This document shows, one piece after another, positions 59,986-64,000 of a DNA stretch of 64,000 nucleotides. Below the pieces are notes generated by a model, which ran no database searches, was not told where the DNA came from, and was given only the letters and a program-made list of their open reading frames with translations. The position numbers and the translations under genes are program-made. The stretch is from Halarcobacter sp. (lineage in GTDB: Bacteria > Campylobacterota > Campylobacteria > Campylobacterales > Arcobacteraceae), in contig CP182352.1 in assembly GCA_048571215.1 (NCBI GenBank), positions 3,550,514 to 3,614,513 of the forward strand, given 5' to 3'. Numbering within the stretch: position 1 is the first letter of the stretch; each line of letters opens with the position of its first letter.

Positions 59986-60999
59986 TTGATTATATATATT
60001 TATGGAAGTGAAAATTTTAAGAAAGAGATTCACGAAGTATTAATTCATTCTAATATTAGACTAAGGTTAGATGACCATAGTGAAATTATAGATTTAAATA
60101 GTCTAGATGAATTAAAAAATGCCATTGAAGACAATCCTAATAATATATATTTAATAGATGATACAAAAATTATAAAAAAGAACTCTTTAAATAAAAAAAT
60201 CAAATTTTTGATACCAAAAGATGCTATTGAACAAGAGTATTTATTAGATCATGGTATTGGTGACATGAGTGTAGATTCTATTGAAGAGTTATCAAAACAT
60301 CTTATTCATAAAATAGAGTCTTCTATGGGTGATGAAGAGGCAAGTGATGTCCAATCATCTATTGTAAATATTGTTGAAGATGCTTATAGCAATCAATCAG
60401 ATTCAGATGATGAAAAGATGTATCAATTAGATGATGAATTGAGCGCTTTATTATCTAGTGATAGAGAAGATGATGAAGATGAAGAAAATTTTGAGCTTGA
60501 ATTGATAGAAGATGAACAAAAAGAAACATCATCAAATGAATTGGATTTTGAAAAGATAGAATCTGAACTTGAAGAGATAGAAAAATTAGTTCCCCAAAAA
60601 GAAAATGAAGAAACTATAGAAGATAACTCATTGTCTACTTTAAAAGATTTGGATTTTGATGAAGATTTTGATAATATTGAAGAAAAAGAATCTAATAAGG
60701 ATATTCCATTAGAAAAAGAGATTCAGGTAGATACCCAAGGAGATGAAATGGCTGATGAGTTTGCAGAGTTTGATACTTTAAGTGAAAATGATATTTTAGA
60801 GGCACTTGATGAAACTAATACTGATATACAAAGTAATTTTGAGATACCAGAAACGCCAAAAGTAACTGAAGAAAATCAACCTGAGACTTCAAGTGATAGT
60901 TTAGAAGTTAATAGTAACAATATAAATGATATTGTAAATTTATTCTCTAAATTATTAAATAATAAGACTTTGGAGATTACAATAAAAGTAAAAGATTAA
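59986..60999 (+). CDS. Highly acidic hypothetical protein heading the flagellar operon
   Basis: TTG start after TAGGA; D/E-rich middle; ends 1 nt before fliQ. Confidence 0.7.
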   Translation: MIIYIYGSENFKKEIHEVLIHSNIRLRLDDHSEIIDLNSLDELKNAIEDNPNNIYLIDDTKIIKKNSLNKKIKFLIPKDAIEQEYLLDHGIGDMSVDSIEELSKHLIHKIESSMGDEEASDVQSSIVNIVEDAYSNQSDSDDEKMYQLDDELSALLSSDREDDEDEENFELELIEDEQKETSSNELDFEKIESELEEIEKLVPQKENEETIEDNSLSTLKDLDFDEDFDNIEEKESNKDIPLEKEIQVDTQGDEMADEFAEFDTLSENDILEALDETNTDIQSNFEIPETPKVTEENQPETSSDSLEVNSNNINDIVNLFSKLLNNKTLEITIKVKD

Positions 61000-61000
61000 T

Positions 61001-61261
61001 ATGGATTTAATGGGTATTGCTGAAAATACAGTAAAAATTATTTTGATATTAGGATTACCCTCTTTGCTTGTAAGTATGGTTATTGGTCTTTTGATTTCTG
61101 TATTTCAAGCGGTTACTCAAGTAAGTGATGCTTCTTTAAGCTTTGTTCCAAAAGTTATCTTTGTTTCAATTTTTGTTTTAATTTCATTACCTTGGATTGG
61201 AGATAATATTGAAAGTTATACAAAAAATTTGTGGGATATGATATTGATTTTTGGGAAATAA
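61001..61261 (+). CDS. fliQ: Flagellar export protein FliQ
   Basis: GLLISVFQAVTQVSDASLSFVPK. Confidence 0.93.
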   Translation: MDLMGIAENTVKIILILGLPSLLVSMVIGLLISVFQAVTQVSDASLSFVPKVIFVSIFVLISLPWIGDNIESYTKNLWDMILIFGK

Positions 61262-61262
61262 G

Positions 61263-61667
61263 ATGATAGATAAACTATATGATTTAAAGAAATTACAAAG
61301 AGATCAAAAACTTATAGAAAAAGCACAACTAATGTCAAAAATTAGTCAAATTGAAGCAGAGGTTATGTTCACTCAACAAAAGATTAATACAACTTCTGTA
61401 GAAAGACATGGGGCAATTTCAGATTTCTCAATACTTGCAATTCATAAAGAGACTATGAAAATGCATATTAAAAAGTTAAACTTACAAAAGAATACACTTT
61501 TAAAACAGTTAGATATTATTGTAAAAGAGATAATTGAGTTGCAAAAAGAGAGTGAACAGTATAAATATATTTTAGATGAACAAAAACAAGAAGAGTTAAC
61601 AAAAAGACTTTTAGTTGAACAAGAGGCATCTGATGAGTATATGCAAAGTAAGTATATTAGTAATTAA
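61263..61667 (+). CDS. FliJ-like coiled-coil protein
   Basis: Length, coiled-coil character, C-terminal EQEASDE and flagellar context. Confidence 0.55.
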   Translation: MIDKLYDLKKLQRDQKLIEKAQLMSKISQIEAEVMFTQQKINTTSVERHGAISDFSILAIHKETMKMHIKKLNLQKNTLLKQLDIIVKEIIELQKESEQYKYILDEQKQEELTKRLLVEQEASDEYMQSKYISN

Positions 61668-61676
61668 GGAGTATTT

Positions 61677-62174
61677 TTGATTAGATTTTTATTTATTACA
61701 ATTTTAATATTCAATTTATCAAATGCACAAGAGAGTTCAACAAGTAATGTAGCCTTGATAAAACAAAAAATAGAGATAAAAGAGTTAAAAAAAGAGTTAA
61801 ACAATTTTTATAATAAAAAAGAAAAAGAGTATCAGGATAGAAAAAAAGAGTTAGAAGCAATATTAGCTAAAATTGAAAAAGAGAAAAAAGCTATTGAGGA
61901 TTTGCACAATAAAAATAAAACAGTTTTAGCCAATATAAAAGGTGAAATTGAGAATAAAACTTCAAAAATATATAATAAAATGAAACCAAAAGTTGCTGCA
62001 TCTATTTTTAATCAAATGATAAATGAGGGTAAAATTGAAGATGTTTTTGATATAATCATTAAATTAAAAGAGAGTAATGTAACCTCTTTAATGAAATATT
62101 TAAGTCCAAAAAATGCAGCTGATTTAACAAATATGTTGCAAACTTATAGTACAGAAAAACTTAATAAAGGGTAA
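61677..62174 (+). CDS. MotE/FlbB-like (MgtE N-terminal-like) flagellar protein
   Basis: Signal peptide, coiled coil, IYNKMKPKVAASIF and LMKYLSPKNAADLT. Confidence 0.65.
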   Translation: MIRFLFITILIFNLSNAQESSTSNVALIKQKIEIKELKKELNNFYNKKEKEYQDRKKELEAILAKIEKEKKAIEDLHNKNKTVLANIKGEIENKTSKIYNKMKPKVAASIFNQMINEGKIEDVFDIIIKLKESNVTSLMKYLSPKNAADLTNMLQTYSTEKLNKG

Positions 62175-62176
62175 TT

Positions 62177-62710
62177 ATGGCAGAAGATGGTAATGAAGAG
62201 ATAAAACAATCAAGTGGTGGTGGAAAGGGGCTAATGATAGTCCTGATTGTACTTATTGTTATACTTTTAGCAGGTTTAGGTTTTTTAGGATATGTAGTTT
62301 ATGACAAAGTATTAAATGTTGATCCAAATGCATCTCAAGAACAAATAGCAAAAGAGAATTCAAAAGATGAAAGTCAATCTTATAAAGCTGCAATTAATGA
62401 TTTAGTTTTAAACATTACAAATGCAAAAGGTAGAGAAAAACTTATGAAACTCTCTTTTTCAATTAAAAGTAATGAACCTTCAATAGAATCTATTGTTGAA
62501 GAATATAAACCAGAAATTGTCGATGCTGTAATTTCACAAATTAGTTCAAGAAGTTCAGAGGAGTTGTTAACTGTTGGAGGGAAAGCTTTATTAAAAGAAG
62601 AGTTACTTCAAGATATTAATAACATTTTGAATGAAGTTACAGCAACAAACTCTGATATAAAACAAAATATTGTAAAAGAAATTTTGTTTACAACATTTGT
62701 AATTAAGTAA
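62177..62710 (+). CDS. fliL: Flagellar basal body protein FliL
   Basis: N-terminal TM; PEIVDAVI...ELLTVGGKALLKEEL; ILFTTFVIK. Confidence 0.9.
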   Translation: MAEDGNEEIKQSSGGGKGLMIVLIVLIVILLAGLGFLGYVVYDKVLNVDPNASQEQIAKENSKDESQSYKAAINDLVLNITNAKGREKLMKLSFSIKSNEPSIESIVEEYKPEIVDAVISQISSRSSEELLTVGGKALLKEELLQDINNILNEVTATNSDIKQNIVKEILFTTFVIK

Positions 62711-62711
62711 A

Positions 62712-63128
62712 ATGATAGTAGCAGTAAAGAATAATAACAAAAAAAGATTTTTTATAAAAATCATATCTTTAGTAGTAGTTGTAATTATGTTTACAGTTTA
62801 TTATAACTATATGAGTGGTGAATTTAGTGATAATGTTGACACAACTGATATTCAAGCTGTACAATTAGATAAAGAAAAAGAGAAAAAAAATAGACTTGAA
62901 AGATTAGTTTATAGGGAAATTGAAACTGCTGTTGATCTTATTGGTCAAAGAAATGTACAAGCAATTAAGTTGGTATCAAATAGAGTTTTAATAATTGCTG
63001 ATTTAGACACTAACTTAGATGCATTAAAAGTTAGATATGGAACCATGGCATTAATAAAAAAAGATATAAAAGATATAAAAATAGCTATAGATTTACAACA
63101 TGTTATAGAGAGTAAAATAAATGAATAG
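62712..63128 (+). CDS. Hypothetical single-TM protein in the flagellar operon
   Basis: Coupled ORF between fliL and flgH with one hydrophobic helix. Confidence 0.7.
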   Translation: MIVAVKNNNKKRFFIKIISLVVVVIMFTVYYNYMSGEFSDNVDTTDIQAVQLDKEKEKKNRLERLVYREIETAVDLIGQRNVQAIKLVSNRVLIIADLDTNLDALKVRYGTMALIKKDIKDIKIAIDLQHVIESKINE

Positions 63129-63822
63129 TAGATATATTTTATTATTGATACCTTTTTTATTCTCTGCGTGTGCAAATGATAAAAATATAGAGTTTAAAAA
63201 ACCTGAGCTACAAGTGCCAAAACCTACCCCTGTTGTTAAAAGAAATAAGGGTTCACTTTATGCCATAAAAGGTCCCTCTTTATTTGCAGATAAAAAAGAT
63301 TTGCATATAGGGGATATAATTCAAGTTAAAATTGATGAATCTTTATCATCTAATACAAAAAATAAAAGAGAGCTTTCTAGTGATAGAACAAATAGTTTAG
63401 GTGGAGGTCTACTAGGTGCAACAGCAGGAAATACTCTTGGTGGAGTAACTTCTACAGTTGCAAAAAATGTAAATCCACTTTTGGGTGTTGATTTTGGTAC
63501 AAAAAGTACTACTTCAAACAATGGGGAAGCAAAAACAACTTTAAGTGAATCGTTTTCAACTAATGTTTCTGCTATAATAGAAGAAACATATCAAAATGGT
63601 AACTATTTTATAAAAGGGACAAAAGAGATGATGATTGATGGTCAAATGCAATCTTTGACACTAACAGGAGTTATAAGACCTTATGATATAACTTCTGATA
63701 ATGCTGTATCTTCATCACAAATTGCAAATTTGAAACTTTTATACAAAAAGGATGGAGAGGAACAAGATGTACTTCATGTTCCTTGGGGCTTAAGAATTAT
63801 ACAGATGTTTTGGCCCTTTTAA
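63121..63822 (+). CDS. flgH: Flagellar L-ring lipoprotein
   Basis: Lipobox LFSAC; LFADKK...GDII, GVIRPYDI, WPF terminus. Confidence 0.95.
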   Translation: MNSRYILLLIPFLFSACANDKNIEFKKPELQVPKPTPVVKRNKGSLYAIKGPSLFADKKDLHIGDIIQVKIDESLSSNTKNKRELSSDRTNSLGGGLLGATAGNTLGGVTSTVAKNVNPLLGVDFGTKSTTSNNGEAKTTLSESFSTNVSAIIEETYQNGNYFIKGTKEMMIDGQMQSLTLTGVIRPYDITSDNAVSSSQIANLKLLYKKDGEEQDVLHVPWGLRIIQMFWPF

Positions 63823-63880
63823 TCTAAGTTTAAGAATTGTAATGCAATAATTAGTTAAACTATATCAAAAAGGAGTAGTC

Positions 63881-64000
63881 ATGCTAAATTCATTAAATGT
63901 TGCGCAGACTGGTTTAAGTGCTGCAAAAGTCGCAGTTGAGAATGTATCAAATAATATAGCAAATCAGAATACTCCTGGATATAAAAAAGAGTAGTTCAAA
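63881..64000 (+). CDS. flgK: Flagellar hook-associated protein FlgK, N-terminus only (runs off window end)
   Basis: AAGGAG RBS; MLNSLNVAQTGLSAAKVAVENVSNNIANQNTPGYKKRVVQ carries the NNIAN.NTPGY motif. Confidence 0.8.

Overview
AT-rich bacterial chromosome segment, most likely Arcobacteraceae (Campylobacterota). This is inferred from the HQWRQP-type kinase H-box, the short 636-aa transketolase and the flagellar gene order. Bases 1-36.7 kb hold an accessory, almost entirely co-oriented locus built around a 2563-aa type I-secreted RTX-type surface protein. Its middle is about 920 consecutive Asp-X dipeptides (X is nearly always Thr or Ser). Upstream lies an ~18 kb enzyme cassette: an AMMECR1/helical-barrel/Ser-Thr kinase/Sel1 fusion, a secreted HExxH protein, three divergent MurF-like ligases (one fused to DUF2156), a BI-1/YccA membrane protein, two cyanophycin synthetase/GshF-like ATP-grasp paralogs, a stand-alone Fic protein resembling the Legionella AnkX phosphocholine transferase domain, a LicC-like cytidylyltransferase fused to a CobD-like PLP enzyme, and a soluble CapA-family metallophosphoesterase. 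Downstream are a sensorless two-component pair, a complete T1SS and lipoproteins; paralogous ankyrin-OmpA lipoproteins bracket the locus. My main hypothesis (inference) is an undescribed system that heavily modifies the ribosomal Asp-Thr/Ser scaffold before export. The rest of the window contains tkt, an arsenic-resistance cluster, a MerR-type/amidohydrolase/aas operon, a nitrogen-control region (glnD, a truncated NtrC-like regulator with recognisable operator boxes, two amt-PII pairs), pyrC and part of a flagellar cluster. No rRNA, tRNA, CRISPR array, integrase or IS element was seen. All family assignments are by eye from motifs; no database search was run.
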